Notes under the pieces: generated by a model
Told to the model about the DNA's origin: nothing
The model's input: only the letters and a program-made list of their open reading frames with translations
Database searches by the model: none
Assembly: GCA_963702685.1 (NCBI GenBank)
Contig: CAVPDQ010000022.1
Location: forward strand, 110,677-174,676
Origin: an uncultured Alphaproteobacteria bacterium
Lineage (GTDB): Bacteria > Pseudomonadota > Alphaproteobacteria > ATCC43930 > CGMCC-115725
Length of the DNA: 64,000 nucleotides
Reading direction: 5' to 3'
Position numbers and translations under genes: made by a program
Shown here: one piece after another, positions 26,964 through 37,900 of the stretch
How the letters are laid out: every line of letters starts with the position of its first letter
How positions within the stretch are numbered: position 1 is the first letter of the stretch

Positions 26964-27890
26964 CTAGACGGGACGGCGGCACATTCCAACAGTTTTCTGC
27001 CGTCGCTCGCTCTCGACCCGCCGATCGTCGCGATTGCGCGCGACCACGCATCGGATAAGCCCTGCGAGATCGTGCTCGAGCCCGTCGATCGTGAAGCCCG
27101 CCGCGCACAGCAGCGCGCCGACGGCTTGTGCTTGGCCGACACCGATTTCCCCGGCAAAAATGCCCCCTGGCGCCAGCACATCTGCAAGCCCGGCGATTAT
27201 CCGACGATAAGCGGCGAGCCCGTCCTCCCCCCCGTCGAGCGCCCGCCATGGATCATAGAGCGCAACCTCGCGCGGCAGCCCGATCATCGCGGCGGTGGCG
27301 ATATAGGGCGGGTTTGCCACCACCACATCAAACTTGCCGGAGAGCGCCGTCGCCCAATCGCCGACAAAGAACTGCGCGCGCCGGTCGAGCCCGAGCGCTG
27401 CTGCGTTGCCGCGCGCGGTGCGCACAGCAGCAGGCACAACATCGATCCCTACTCCGAAGGCAGCCCTATATTCGGAGAGAAGAGCCGACAACAGACAGCC
27501 CGTTCCGGTTCCGAGATCGAGAAAACGCAGCGGTGCGTCGCGTTCGGGCAGGTGTCGAAGCACCGCGTCGATAATGGTTTCACTGTCCGGCCGCGGGTCG
27601 AGAGTGTCCGGCGACAGTGAAAATTCCAATCCCCAGAATTCACGTCGACCGGCAAGGCGGCTCAGCGGCTCTCCCGCCAGCATTCGGCGCAGCGATGCTC
27701 GGACGCAAGCTGCTTCGTGAGCGGCAAGATCACGCCGTGGCTGGCTTACCAGAACCGTTGGAGAGAGGCCGAGCGCCGACGAAACCAGCCGACGAGCCTG
27801 CCGGCGCGGATCATCGAACGCGGCCGCGGTAAACGCAGAGGCCGCCTCTTCGAGCAGCGACCCAAGGGTGTCGCCTGCGGCTTCGATCAA
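26964..27890 (-). CDS. prmC: Release factor glutamine methyltransferase
   Basis: NPPY motif (VVANPPYI) and a SAM-binding fold. ATGA overlap with the prfA stop. Confidence 0.85.
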   Translation of the reverse strand: MIEAAGDTLGSLLEEAASAFTAAAFDDPRRQARRLVSSALGLSPTVLVSQPRRDLAAHEAACVRASLRRMLAGEPLSRLAGRREFWGLEFSLSPDTLDPRPDSETIIDAVLRHLPERDAPLRFLDLGTGTGCLLSALLSEYRAAFGVGIDVVPAAVRTARGNAAALGLDRRAQFFVGDWATALSGKFDVVVANPPYIATAAMIGLPREVALYDPWRALDGGEDGLAAYRRIIAGLADVLAPGGIFAGEIGVGQAQAVGALLCAAGFTIDGLEHDLAGLIRCVVARNRDDRRVESERRQKTVGMCRRPV

Positions 27891-28966
27891 ATTTCTGCGC
27901 CGGCCAATTTGGCGGCTTGGTCCTCGGTGAGGAGGGCATCGATGATTTCGTCCAGCGCCTCCCCGTTGATAACCTTGTCGATTTTGTAAAGCGTCAGGTT
28001 GATGCGGTGGTCGGTGACCCGGCCTTGCGGAAAATTATACGTTCGGATCCGCTCCGACCGGTCGCCGCTGCCGACCTGGTTTTTGCGGTCCGCGGCGCGG
28101 GCATCGTCGCGCGCGCGCCGCTCCATCTCGTACAGGCGCGATCGCAGCACCTTGAGGGCGCGCGCCTTGTTTTTGTGCTGTGATTTCTCGTCCTGCTGGA
28201 TAACGACGAGGCCAGTCGGCAAATGGGTGATCCGGACCGCGCTGTCGGTCGTGTTGACCGATTGGCCGCCGGGGCCGCTCGACCGATAGACATCGATGCG
28301 CAAATCCTTGTCGTCGATCCGTACATCGATCTCCTCCGCCTCGGGTAGCACGGCTACGGTGGCGGCCGAAGTGTGGATGCGCCCCGAAGCTTCGGTCTCC
28401 GGCACCCGCTGCACGCGATGGACTCCGGATTCGAACTTCAATCGGGCGAAAACCTGCCGCCCGCTGATTATGGCGCTCGCCTCCTTGAACCCGCCGAGCC
28501 CGGTCTCGGACAGATCGAGCAATTCAAACCGCCAGCCGCGCAACGCCGCATATCGCTGGTACATGCGGAACAGCGTTGCGGCGAACAGGGCTGCCTCCTC
28601 GCCGCCGGTGCCGGCGCGAGCTTCGAGGATCGCGTTGCGCTCGTCATCGACGTCCCTGGGCAGCAGCGCCAGCCTGACCTTGTGCTCGAGCAGCGGCAGC
28701 CGCCCGCGCAACGCGTGCAGCTCCTCTTCGGCGAGGGCCCGCAGCTCGCTGTCTTCCGTCGACCGCGCCATTTCGGCGAGTGGCGGCAACTCGACCCGTA
28801 CCCGCTCGAGCGCCTCGATCTCGCCGACGATCGGCGCCAGCTCGCTGTATTCCTTCGACAGGCGGACCAGATCCGATCCGCCGAGGCCGGCGGTGGCAAG
28901 CGTGTCGCGCAATTCGGCGTGGCGGCGCACCAATTGCTCCAGGCGCCGTTCGAGCGAGGCTTCCAT
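27887..28966 (-). CDS. prfA: Peptide chain release factor 1
   Basis: 359 aa with the GGQ motif ([11 protein letters not shown]). Confidence 0.95.
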   Translation of the reverse strand: MEASLERRLEQLVRRHAELRDTLATAGLGGSDLVRLSKEYSELAPIVGEIEALERVRVELPPLAEMARSTEDSELRALAEEELHALRGRLPLLEHKVRLALLPRDVDDERNAILEARAGTGGEEAALFAATLFRMYQRYAALRGWRFELLDLSETGLGGFKEASAIISGRQVFARLKFESGVHRVQRVPETEASGRIHTSAATVAVLPEAEEIDVRIDDKDLRIDVYRSSGPGGQSVNTTDSAVRITHLPTGLVVIQQDEKSQHKNKARALKVLRSRLYEMERRARDDARAADRKNQVGSGDRSERIRTYNFPQGRVTDHRINLTLYKIDKVINGEALDEIIDALLTEDQAAKLAGAEI

Positions 28967-30243
28967 CAGGGTTTTCCGTAAATCGCCCGCAACCGGGCTT
29001 GCAGCTCGCCCAGCGCTATGTCCGCCCCGTTCATCGGCACCCGAACATCGCTTTGCTCACCGCTGTCGAGGTCGCGAAGCCGGACGACGCCACGGGCCGC
29101 CTCGTCGGCGCCGATCAGCACCGCCAGCCGCGCATTGATGCGGTTTGCCCGCCGCATGCGCCGCGAAAGATTGCCGGAATAGCCGAGATCGACGGCGTAT
29201 CCGTCGCGCCGCAACATTTCGGCGATGTTCGTCGCCATCGCCTCTTCCGTCTCGCCGACCGGGACGACCGCGATGGCCCGTCGCGGCGCCGGCTCGGCGA
29301 TCAGCAGAGCCAGCCTTTCGACACCCGCCGCCCAGCCCACCCCCGGGGTCGCCGGTCCGCCGAACAATTCGACGAGCCCATCATAGCGCCCGCCGGCCAG
29401 CACCGTGCCTTGCGCGCCGAGATCGCCGGTGACGAACTCGAAGACGGTGTGGGTGTAGTAATCGAGCCCACGGACGAGCCTCGGGTTCGCCCGATACGCG
29501 ATGCCGACCCGGCCGAGCCCCTCCGACACGCGCCCAAAAAAGTCGCGCGATTTCTCATTGAGATAGCGATCGAAAGGTGGGGCATCGGCATTGAGACGCG
29601 TGTCGGCCGGGTCTTTCGAATCGAGAATTCGCAACGGGTTGACTTCAAGCCGACGCCTGCTGTCCTCGGACAGCTCGGAGCGGCGCGACGAAAAATAAGC
29701 GACCAACGCGTCCCGGTAGGCCGCGCGGCTGTCGCGGTCTCCAAGGGTATTCAGCTCCAATGTGGTGCGCTCACCAATCCCGAGCTCGTCGAGTATCCGC
29801 CGACCGAGCGCGATCACTTCGATATCGGCCTGCGGCTGCGCTACACCCAAGAGCTCGACGCCGATCTGATGAAATTGCCGGAATCTTCCTTTCTGCGGCC
29901 GTTCGTAACGAAACATCGGGCCGTCATAAAAAAATTTCAGCGGCAGGCTCTGCAGCAGCCCATTTGACAGCACCGCCCGCACGACGCCGGCGGTGTTCTC
30001 CGGGCGTAATGTTATTTCATCACCGCCACGATCGCGGAATGTGTACATTTCCTTGGAAACGATATCGCTGGTTTCTCCGATCGGTCGGCTGAAGACCTCG
30101 GTGAACTCGAAAATCGGAGTCGCCATTTCCGCAAACAGGTAGAGCTCGGCGATAGCTCGCGCGGTGTCGATGACCCGGCGATGACGCCGCATCGCCTCGG
30201 GCAAAAGATCCTGAGTGCCGCGAACCGACTGCAACGCCGCCAT
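28966..30243 (-). CDS. hisS: Histidine-tRNA ligase
   Basis: Start set at [15 protein letters not shown]. Class II aaRS with the GGRYDGLV motif. Confidence 0.9.
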   Translation of the reverse strand: MAALQSVRGTQDLLPEAMRRHRRVIDTARAIAELYLFAEMATPIFEFTEVFSRPIGETSDIVSKEMYTFRDRGGDEITLRPENTAGVVRAVLSNGLLQSLPLKFFYDGPMFRYERPQKGRFRQFHQIGVELLGVAQPQADIEVIALGRRILDELGIGERTTLELNTLGDRDSRAAYRDALVAYFSSRRSELSEDSRRRLEVNPLRILDSKDPADTRLNADAPPFDRYLNEKSRDFFGRVSEGLGRVGIAYRANPRLVRGLDYYTHTVFEFVTGDLGAQGTVLAGGRYDGLVELFGGPATPGVGWAAGVERLALLIAEPAPRRAIAVVPVGETEEAMATNIAEMLRRDGYAVDLGYSGNLSRRMRRANRINARLAVLIGADEAARGVVRLRDLDSGEQSDVRVPMNGADIALGELQARLRAIYGKP

Positions 30244-30298
30244 CCGCAAATCTCCACCGACCCTCGCCGGGGAGGGCCAAACCGGCTCGCGTCGTCTG

Positions 30299-31438
30299 CT
30301 ACTGCGCGGGTTCCAGCGCTGGCTCAGCCGCTTGGCGCGCTGCTTCGATCTCAGCCGCCTTCTTCTCGACCAGCTCGACCAGATGGTCGACGATGTCGGC
30401 ATCTTTCAGGCGGTGGTCGGTGAGCCCGCTGATATACACCTGATGCGTGCCGTTGCCGCCGCCGGTAAACCCGATATCCGTCTCCCGCGCTTCGCCTGGA
30501 CCGTTTACGACGCAGCCGATCACCGAGACCGTCAGCGGCGTGGTGATGTGAGCGAGCCGCTCCTCCAGCCGTTCGACCGTCTTGATCACCGCAAATTGCT
30601 GACGCGCGCAGGATGGGCACGAAATCACGGTAACCCCGCGCCGGCGCAGGTTGAGCGACTTCAGCATCTCAAAGCCGGCCTTGACCTCCTCGACCGGATC
30701 CGCCGACAGCGAAACCCGGATCGTGTCGCCGATCCCCGACCACAACAGCATGCCGATCCCGATCGCTGATTTGACCGTGCCGCTGCGCAGCCCGCCCGCT
30801 TCGGTTATGCCGAGATGGAGCGGGTAGTCGCACGCCTCGGCGAGCTGTTGATAGGCAGCGACCGCAAGAAACACGTCGGACGCCTTGCAGGAAATCTTAA
30901 ACTCGAAAAAATCGTTGTCTTCGAGGATCTTGGCGTGGTTCAGGGCGCTTTCCACCATGGCCTCCGGGCAGGGCTCGCCATAGCGTTCCAAGAGATCGCG
31001 CTCGAGCGACCCGGCATTGACCCCGATCCGCATCGAGCAGCCATGATCTTTTGCCGCCTTGATCACCTCGCGCACGCGCGCCGCCGAGCCGATATTGCCC
31101 GGGTTGATGCGCAGGCACGCCGCCCCGCTCTCTGCTGCTTCAATCGCCCGTTTGTAGTGAAAATGGATGTCGGCGACGATCGGCACCGAAGCCTCGCGCA
31201 CGATCGCCTTCAAGGCGAGGGCCGATTCTTGGTCGGGGCACGAGACGCGCACGATATCGGCGCCAGCGCGTTCGAGCGCCTGGACTTGCTCGATCGTCGC
31301 CCTGACGTCGCTGGTCAGGGTGTTTGTCATCGATTGCACGCTGATCGGCGCATCGCCGCCAACCATCACCCTGCCGACATGGATTTTGCGGCACTTTCGA
31401 CGCTGGATGTCTCGGTAGGGCCTGACGCTCATCGTCAT
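30299..31438 (-). CDS. ispG: 4-hydroxy-3-methylbut-2-en-1-yl diphosphate synthase
   Basis: GcpE family with Cys motifs CPSCARQ and GCVVNGPGE. The start could be 31438 or 31432. Confidence 0.9.
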   Translation of the reverse strand: MTMSVRPYRDIQRRKCRKIHVGRVMVGGDAPISVQSMTNTLTSDVRATIEQVQALERAGADIVRVSCPDQESALALKAIVREASVPIVADIHFHYKRAIEAAESGAACLRINPGNIGSAARVREVIKAAKDHGCSMRIGVNAGSLERDLLERYGEPCPEAMVESALNHAKILEDNDFFEFKISCKASDVFLAVAAYQQLAEACDYPLHLGITEAGGLRSGTVKSAIGIGMLLWSGIGDTIRVSLSADPVEEVKAGFEMLKSLNLRRRGVTVISCPSCARQQFAVIKTVERLEERLAHITTPLTVSVIGCVVNGPGEARETDIGFTGGGNGTHQVYISGLTDHRLKDADIVDHLVELVEKKAAEIEAARQAAEPALEPAQ

Positions 31439-31519
31439 CTCACTGGGTTGATTTGTCGGGGCGGGCTTATAGACCTTTCGGGGGGAGCGGACAAAGCCGC
31501 GGCCGGTTGGCAACGATCG

Positions 31520-32611
31520 TCAATTGTGAACCGCGGTCCCCGCCATCAATGCCTGAGGGTCGAGCGCGACATTCCGACGGATGGCGCCATTTGGCCCGAT
31601 CGACGGCGCCGGCTTCCCATCGACGGTGATTTCGAGACCTCCGGCATTGCCGGTCCGCATCGACAGCCCGGGCTCGTCCGGCACCCGATAGGTCTCGCCG
31701 GCTTTCAGCAGCCGGGTGAACAACACGGCTTGGTCCGCACCGCGCACCGCGATCCAGCTGTCGGCGGTCGCTCGCAGCAAAACTCGGGTCTGGCCGTCGC
31801 CGGCACCGTAGCTTGCAGCCGCGTGCTCTTCGGTCGCAGGTGCTGCGGCAGTTGCCGCCAAAGGGCTCGTGGCCAGAGGGCTCGTGGCCAGAGGGCTCGT
31901 GGCCGATGCCGGCGGGGATGCGGCGTTCCCCGCGCTGGGCGCCGGGGATGCCGATGCTGCCGGCGGTCCGACGGCCGGCGCCAGAGTTGCCGCGGCTGCG
32001 GCCGGCGTCGCCTCTGTGCTGCCAGCCTCCCGCGCCGGTGGCGGCTGGTCGCTTGCCGCAGCCGCTTCCGGCTGGACGGCGCTACGCGGTGTTGCGGCAG
32101 TGACAGGCATGGTCTTCGGCGCCAACAGCTCGACGGGTACTTCGGTAACGCGCTCGGGGCGCGAGCGTTCGGCGCTCGACAGATAATACCAGGCGCCATA
32201 CCCGCACAGGGCCAGGATCAGAGCTGCCAGCAGCATCGACCCGCCGGGTATGCCGCGCTCCCCCAGCGGCATCGGAAACGACAGATCGGGCTTGGCGTCG
32301 AGGGCTCCGGATTCGGCCCGAAAGCGCCGCAAAATCTCGCCGCCGTCGAGCCCGAGATGCTCGCCATATGCCCGAACGAAGCCGGCCGCGTAGGCGGGGC
32401 CCGGCAGGCGGTCCGGACGACCTTCCTCGAGCGCGGCCAGATAGGCCGGCTTGATCCGCAACGCCGCCGCGATTTCGGCAAGATCAAGCCCGAGCGCCTC
32501 GCGCCGCTGCCGCAGCAGATCGCCGGCCGATCGAGAGCCGGGCCATAACCTCGTTTCCAATTCGACCCCATCCTCGCCAAGGGAAGGCCGAATACGCTGA
32601 AATAATGTCAT
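31520..32611 (-). CDS. rodZ: RodZ-like cytoskeleton protein (HTH plus DUF4115-like C-terminus)
   Basis: N-terminal HTH (LRQRREALGLDLAEIAAALRIKPAYLAALEEG), one transmembrane segment, a Pro/Ala-rich linker and a C-terminal beta domain. Confidence 0.7.
   Translation of the reverse strand: MTLFQRIRPSLGEDGVELETRLWPGSRSAGDLLRQRREALGLDLAEIAAALRIKPAYLAALEEGRPDRLPGPAYAAGFVRAYGEHLGLDGGEILRRFRAESGALDAKPDLSFPMPLGERGIPGGSMLLAALILALCGYGAWYYLSSAERSRPERVTEVPVELLAPKTMPVTAATPRSAVQPEAAAASDQPPPAREAGSTEATPAAAAATLAPAVGPPAASASPAPSAGNAASPPASATSPLATSPLATSPLAATAAAPATEEHAAASYGAGDGQTRVLLRATADSWIAVRGADQAVLFTRLLKAGETYRVPDEPGLSMRTGNAGGLEITVDGKPAPSIGPNGAIRRNVALDPQALMAGTAVHN
31861..31905. repeat. 15-bp tandem repeat x3 inside the rodZ-like linker (encodes TSPLA x3)
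   Basis: The plus strand reads aagggctcgtggcca gagggctcgtggcca gagggctcgtggccg. Confidence 0.9.
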
Positions 32612-32781
32612 GCGATCGATCCGTTGCCTGCCAACTTAACCAAAAACGCGTATCGTGTCCATGAGCCGCGCCGCGGCATCGGGCGCTTGACGCAAAGTCG
32701 CCGCCAAGCGTAAAACGCGCGCCCGTGCGATCGCAGTCGGCGCGAGCCGGCTGCGGCGGCAACATGGTTTCGAGGTGGGGC

Positions 32782-33072
32782 ATGGCGCGACGATGCGCAG
32801 TCACCGGCAAGGGCGTCCAGGTCGGACACAACGTTAGCCATGCCAACAATAAGACAAAGCGCAGGTTTCTGCCCAATCTGCAGCAAATCTCGGTTCTTTC
32901 GGACACGCTGGGGTCGGTCCGGCTGCGGATTTCTGCGGCTGCGATCCGCACGATCGAGCACAAGGGCGGCATCGATTCGTTCTTGCGTGCCACGCCCGAC
33001 CGTAAATTGTCGCCGGAAATCCGACGGCTGAAGCGCCGCGTCGAACAAGCCGCAGCACGCAAAAGCGCGTAG
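32782..33072 (+). CDS. rpmB: 50S ribosomal protein L28
   Basis: [43 protein letters not shown] precedes the ATG. Confidence 0.95.
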   Translation: MARRCAVTGKGVQVGHNVSHANNKTKRRFLPNLQQISVLSDTLGSVRLRISAAAIRTIEHKGGIDSFLRATPDRKLSPEIRRLKRRVEQAAARKSA

Positions 33073-33113
33073 GGCGCGAACGGGCCCGGATCTGGCTCGA
33101 TCCCGGATCTGGC

Positions 33114-34934
33114 TTGTGGTCTGCCCGAACGGGGGCGGGGACTAAGCTGGCAGGCCGGCTTCTGCCGGTCGTGGCACTGATTGCGACGCTGTTGCCGGCC
33201 AGCGCACGGGCCGATTTACGGTATCGAACCGAGATCGTCGGTGTCTCGGGTGGCGACCTGGGCGATCTTCTCGACACGGTTTCACAGCTGAAGGCGCTCG
33301 AAGACAGGCCTCCGGCCTCTGCTGCAGCGCTCCGCCGTCGCGCCGATCGCGATCTAGCCGGCCTTCGCGATGCCGCGCATAGCCTCGGCTACTGGGGCGC
33401 TCAGTTTTCTTATGACGTCGACAGCACGACAGAGCCGGCAAAAGTCGTGGTGACGGTGACGCCGGGCGGCTTGTATCACGTCGATAGCGTTTGGGTGCTG
33501 GGACCCGATGGACAACGCTTGGCGATCCCCGGCGCAATGCCTTTGCCGTTGAAACCGGGCGATCCGGCGCGCACCGCCCCGGTGCTCGCCGCCGAGGCGG
33601 CGCTGGTGGTCCGCTTCACCAACAGCGGTCATCCGTTCGCCAAGGCGACCGCTCGCCGCGTGGTCATCGACAAAGGTGCGATGACAATGGCGGTCACCTA
33701 CCGGATCGACCCCGGTCCGCAGATGCGTTTCGGTCGGACCAGGATTACCGGGCTCGATCGGCTCGATCCCGGCTACGTCGAGAGACGGTTGGGTTGGCAG
33801 GGGGGCGAAACCTACGATGCCGCCAAGGTCGAAGCGTCCCGCTCGGCGCTGCTCCAAAGCGGATTGTTCAGCACGGTGGCGATCACACCCTCGGCGGACC
33901 CCAAAACCCCCGGCGAAGCAGCAATGACGATCGCCGTCACCGAGCGGGCGCATCGCACGATCGGCGTGGGCTTGGCCTACAATACCAGCCAAGGTGCGGG
34001 CGCCCGCGCCTTCTGGGAAAACCGCAACCTGTTTGGCAACGCCGAATATCTAAAGCTCGACGCCAGTGCCGGACAGCAGGTCGACGCCTTTGCCGCAAAT
34101 TTTCGCCGCCCCGACTTTCTCTCCACCGGCCAAGACCTGCTGGCTACCGCCGAGGTCGCGAACGACACGCCCGTCGCTTATCGCAGCCGCCGGGCATTGG
34201 CCACGATCGGCCTTGAACGCCGCTTCGGCCCGTTGCTGACCGGCGGCGCATCGGTAGAGGCCCAGACCGCGAACGTCGAGCAGCTCGCGACGCTGAGCCC
34301 GTTTACCGCGACCGAACGCACCCAAAGCTACGAGCTTTTAGGCGTCCCAGCCTATGTGAAGCTCGATACGACCGACAATTTGCTCGACCCGACGCACGGT
34401 TGGCGAGCTCAGCTCACGGTAACACCCGCCCACACCTTTTCGCGCCCGGATTTGAATTTTGTGACGAGCTTGGTCTCGGTCAGCACCTATCGGCCTGTCG
34501 GCGGCAGTGACCGAGTGGTCCTGGCTGGCAGGTTGGCGCTCGGCTCGCTCGATGGCGCGCCGCTCGCCGAGCTGCCGGCCGACCAGCAAATCTACGCCGG
34601 TGGGGGCGGATCGATCCGTCCCTATGGCTACCAGATGGCCGGAGCGCTCGACAGCAGCAATATCCCGATCGGCGGGAAGTCGAGCCTCGTCGGCAATCTC
34701 GAAGCCCGCATCAAGCTCACCCCGACGATCGGGCTGGTGCCGTTCATCGACGCCGGCAGCTTCTACCAGAAGAGCCTGCCGCAATTCGGCGAGCGCCTGT
34801 TTTACGGCGTCGGTCTGGGCTTGCGCTACTATACCCCGTTCGGACCGCTGCGGCTCGATCTGGCGACCCCGCTTTACAAGCGCGGCGCCGATTCGCCGAT
34901 CCAGGTCTACGTCAGCCTCGGTCAGGCCTTTTGA
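33114..34934 (+). CDS. tamA: Outer-membrane translocation and assembly module protein TamA (BamA/D15 family)
   Basis: 606 aa with a signal peptide, POTRA-like repeats and a C-terminal beta-barrel ending in ...VSLGQAF. Paired with tamB. Confidence 0.8.
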   Translation: MWSARTGAGTKLAGRLLPVVALIATLLPASARADLRYRTEIVGVSGGDLGDLLDTVSQLKALEDRPPASAAALRRRADRDLAGLRDAAHSLGYWGAQFSYDVDSTTEPAKVVVTVTPGGLYHVDSVWVLGPDGQRLAIPGAMPLPLKPGDPARTAPVLAAEAALVVRFTNSGHPFAKATARRVVIDKGAMTMAVTYRIDPGPQMRFGRTRITGLDRLDPGYVERRLGWQGGETYDAAKVEASRSALLQSGLFSTVAITPSADPKTPGEAAMTIAVTERAHRTIGVGLAYNTSQGAGARAFWENRNLFGNAEYLKLDASAGQQVDAFAANFRRPDFLSTGQDLLATAEVANDTPVAYRSRRALATIGLERRFGPLLTGGASVEAQTANVEQLATLSPFTATERTQSYELLGVPAYVKLDTTDNLLDPTHGWRAQLTVTPAHTFSRPDLNFVTSLVSVSTYRPVGGSDRVVLAGRLALGSLDGAPLAELPADQQIYAGGGGSIRPYGYQMAGALDSSNIPIGGKSSLVGNLEARIKLTPTIGLVPFIDAGSFYQKSLPQFGERLFYGVGLGLRYYTPFGPLRLDLATPLYKRGADSPIQVYVSLGQAF

Positions 34935-37900
34935 GCCAGCGCCTGGGCCGATTGCTTCACCGCATCGGGATCGCGCTGGGGCTCCTGATCGCCCTCTTCG
35001 CCGCAGTTTTCGGCTTGGCGCAGACTCCGCCGGGCCAACGCTGGCTTGGGCGAGCGGTCGCGGCGGCTCTGAGCAGCCCCGATTTCCTCGTCGCGGTCGA
35101 CGGACTGAACGGGCTCGTGCCGTTTCATTTCGAGATCGGCCGGATCGAGATCGGCGATGCGGGCGGCGCCTATCTGATCCTGCATAACCTCGCCGTCCGC
35201 GTCTCGCCGACGCAGCTGCTCGCGGGGCGCATCAGCATCCGATCGCTGACCATCGGCGAAATCGATATGGCGCGGCTGCCGAGCTCGTCGGGCTCGTCTC
35301 GCCCGCTGGCCGATTACCTGCACGTTCCGCGGCTTCCGATGGCGGTCGCGCTCGAACGGCTCGTCATCGAGCGGCTCGCATTGGGCGCGCGGGTGGCAGG
35401 CGACCGCGTCGTCTCGACAATCGAGGGGCGGGCTCGGATCGCCGGCAACTCGGCACGTATATCTTTCGATCTGCATCGGGTCGACGGCCGGGCGGGGAGC
35501 ATTGCGCTCGCGATAGCGATCATCGGCACGCCGCCGGTGTTGAGCTTGCGTCTCAGCGCCAGTGAGCCAACCGGCATCCTGATAGACCGCCTCCTCGACC
35601 GCCGGGATCGTTTGCCGTTCGCTCTTTCCGTCGATGGCATCGGGCCGGTCGCCAACTGGCATGGCCTGGTGACGGCCTCCGCCGGCGCGGGCGCTCGTCT
35701 CGACGCGAATGTGAGCCTGGCCGCCGCCGGTGAGACCGGGTTCGGGCTGAGCGGCACAGCCGATCTCGCGCGGCTCCTCCCGACCGAGCTTGCACCGATT
35801 GTCGGCGACCCTCTGCGGTTGGAGATGCACGCCCGGCTCAGCCAAGAGATCGCGCTCGGCCGGCTGACGATCGACGCCCAGGCTGGCACGTTGACGGCCG
35901 ACGCCACCGTGAAGCGGCCGAACGACTTCGTCACGGCCCATCTTCACACCGACATCCCGGACCTTTCCCTGCTGTCGCCGGTGCTCGGCGCAAAGCTCGG
36001 CGGTTCCGGCTCTTTGAGCGCGACCCTCGCCGGCGGCAAGACCCATCCGACTTTGACGGCAAACCTGTCGATAATGGGGGCGCGGGCTTACGGCTCCAGC
36101 GCCGAACGGGTCGAAGTGAAGGCGTCGGCAATACCGCTGGGACCGCTCGGTGATCGGCACACCCGCATCAACGTGGCGGCGAGTGGTCGGCTCCAGGGCC
36201 TCGTCCTCCCCGGGAGTGCAGCACTGCCGGCGAGCCTCGGACGCGACCTGGAGTTTTCGCTGACTGGCGGCGTCGCCGGCGACGGCAGCGCCATCGAGCT
36301 CGGCCGGCTGAGCGTGCATGGCATGGGCCTCGAGATGACTGGTGCAGGGCGGATGGCCGGCGCCGAGACGTCGGGCCGGCTCGAATTGGCGGCTGCCGAT
36401 TTGCGCCCGTTTAGCGGGTTGCTCGGGCATCCGGTCGGCGGCTCGGCGAGGCTCGCGGTCAAGGTGACAAAGCGGCCTGCGGGTGGGCTCGGGGCGACTT
36501 TTGACGGTTCGACCGCTGACCTGCACACCGGAATTGCGATCGCGGATGCGCTGCTCGGCGGTACGGTGACAATCAAGGGTGCGGTCGAACGTGCGGCGAA
36601 CGGCGGGCTCAGCGCCGACCACATCAATATCGACGGCGCGGCAGCCAAGCTTTCCGGAAACGCGCGGTTCGACCCGGCCTCGCAACACCTCGATGCGGCG
36701 TTGGACCTCGCTGTTGCGCGGCTCGATCCGCTCGGCAAAGCGCTCGGTGCCGAGCTTAGGGGTGCGGGCACCATTCGGGTTCAAGCAACGGGGGTGCTCG
36801 ATCGGCTCGCGGTTAAAGGCGAGCTCGACGGGCGCAGCGTCGCCGCCGCGGGTGTCGCATTCGACCGGGTCCGGCTCGCCGCTCGAACCGCCGATCTCGC
36901 GACGCTCCGGGCTGAGATCGACGGCAGCTTTGCGGCCCGCGGTCTCGAAGGAACGCTCGCGCTCACAGCGCTGCCCGAAGGCGGCGATATCGCCATCCCG
37001 CAATTGCGGCTGACCGCGGCGGGGAGCTCGATCGCCGGTGGCCTGCGCATCGCCCGCGACACGGGCCTGGTCCGCGGCAAGATCACCGGGCGGATGCCGG
37101 ACCTCGCCCGCTGGTCCAAGCTCGTCGGCAAGCCGATCGGGGGCAGTCTCGAATTTATCGCCGCCCTCGATGCCGATGGCGGCCAACGCTTCGATCTTTC
37201 TGCGACCGGAGGGAACCTTTCAGCCGGCACCGGATCTTCCCTTCTTCGGATCGGCCGCCTCGACGCGGCGATCCGGCTCGCGAATCTGCGGCGAGCCCCT
37301 TCGATAAGCGGGCGGCTGGCGCTGACCCAGGGCCGCTTCGGGGCAGCCCGCCTTGCAGCAGCGAAGCTCACTGTCGCAAGCCCGAGGCCCGGCCGCTTTG
37401 CCTTTGACGGCGAGGCAAAGGGCCAGCCATTGTCGGCCAGCTTCGCCGGCGAGGGCGCCCTCATCCCCGATGGCGTCGAGCTCCGCCTCAACCGGCTTAT
37501 CGGCTCGGTCGGTGGCGATCGGTTGGCGCTGCAAACCCCGCTGATCGTGTCGCGGCGGGCATCCAATATCGCCGTTTCCGGGTTGGACCTTCGTGTGGGA
37601 AGCGGCCGGATCAGTGGCTCCGGCGAAGTGCGCGGCGACGGCGTGACGTTGGCGGTGGCTGCGAAGGATTTGTCGATCGCATCGGCCGCGCGCACGCTCG
37701 GCTATCGCGGAATGCAGGGTCAGCTGTCCGGGACGGTCCGGATCGGCGGCAGCTTAGGTGCGCCGCGCGGCCATTTGATGCTGACCGCCCGCGACCTCGA
37801 CCTTTCGGCCCACACCGGTCCCGGCGGCCTCGGGCTCGCGATAGCCGGCGATTGGAACGGGCGGGATCTCGCTGTGCACGGGCAAGTCACAGGACTAAAG

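Noticed and set aside
31861-31905. Possible CRISPR-like repeat
   Set aside because: It consists of three directly abutting 15-bp units with no spacers, in frame inside a coding linker. It is a coding tandem repeat, not a CRISPR array.
30815-32548. 577-aa plus-strand ORF
   Set aside because: It is antisense to ispG and the rodZ-like gene, with Arg/Cys/Gly-rich junk composition.
34922-37186. 754-aa ORF antisense to tamB, plus many other long ORFs on the opposite strand of tamA/tamB
   Set aside because: Arg/Pro/Ala/Gly-rich shadow ORFs of the kind high-GC DNA produces. The plus-strand TamA/TamB frames carry family-typical sequence.
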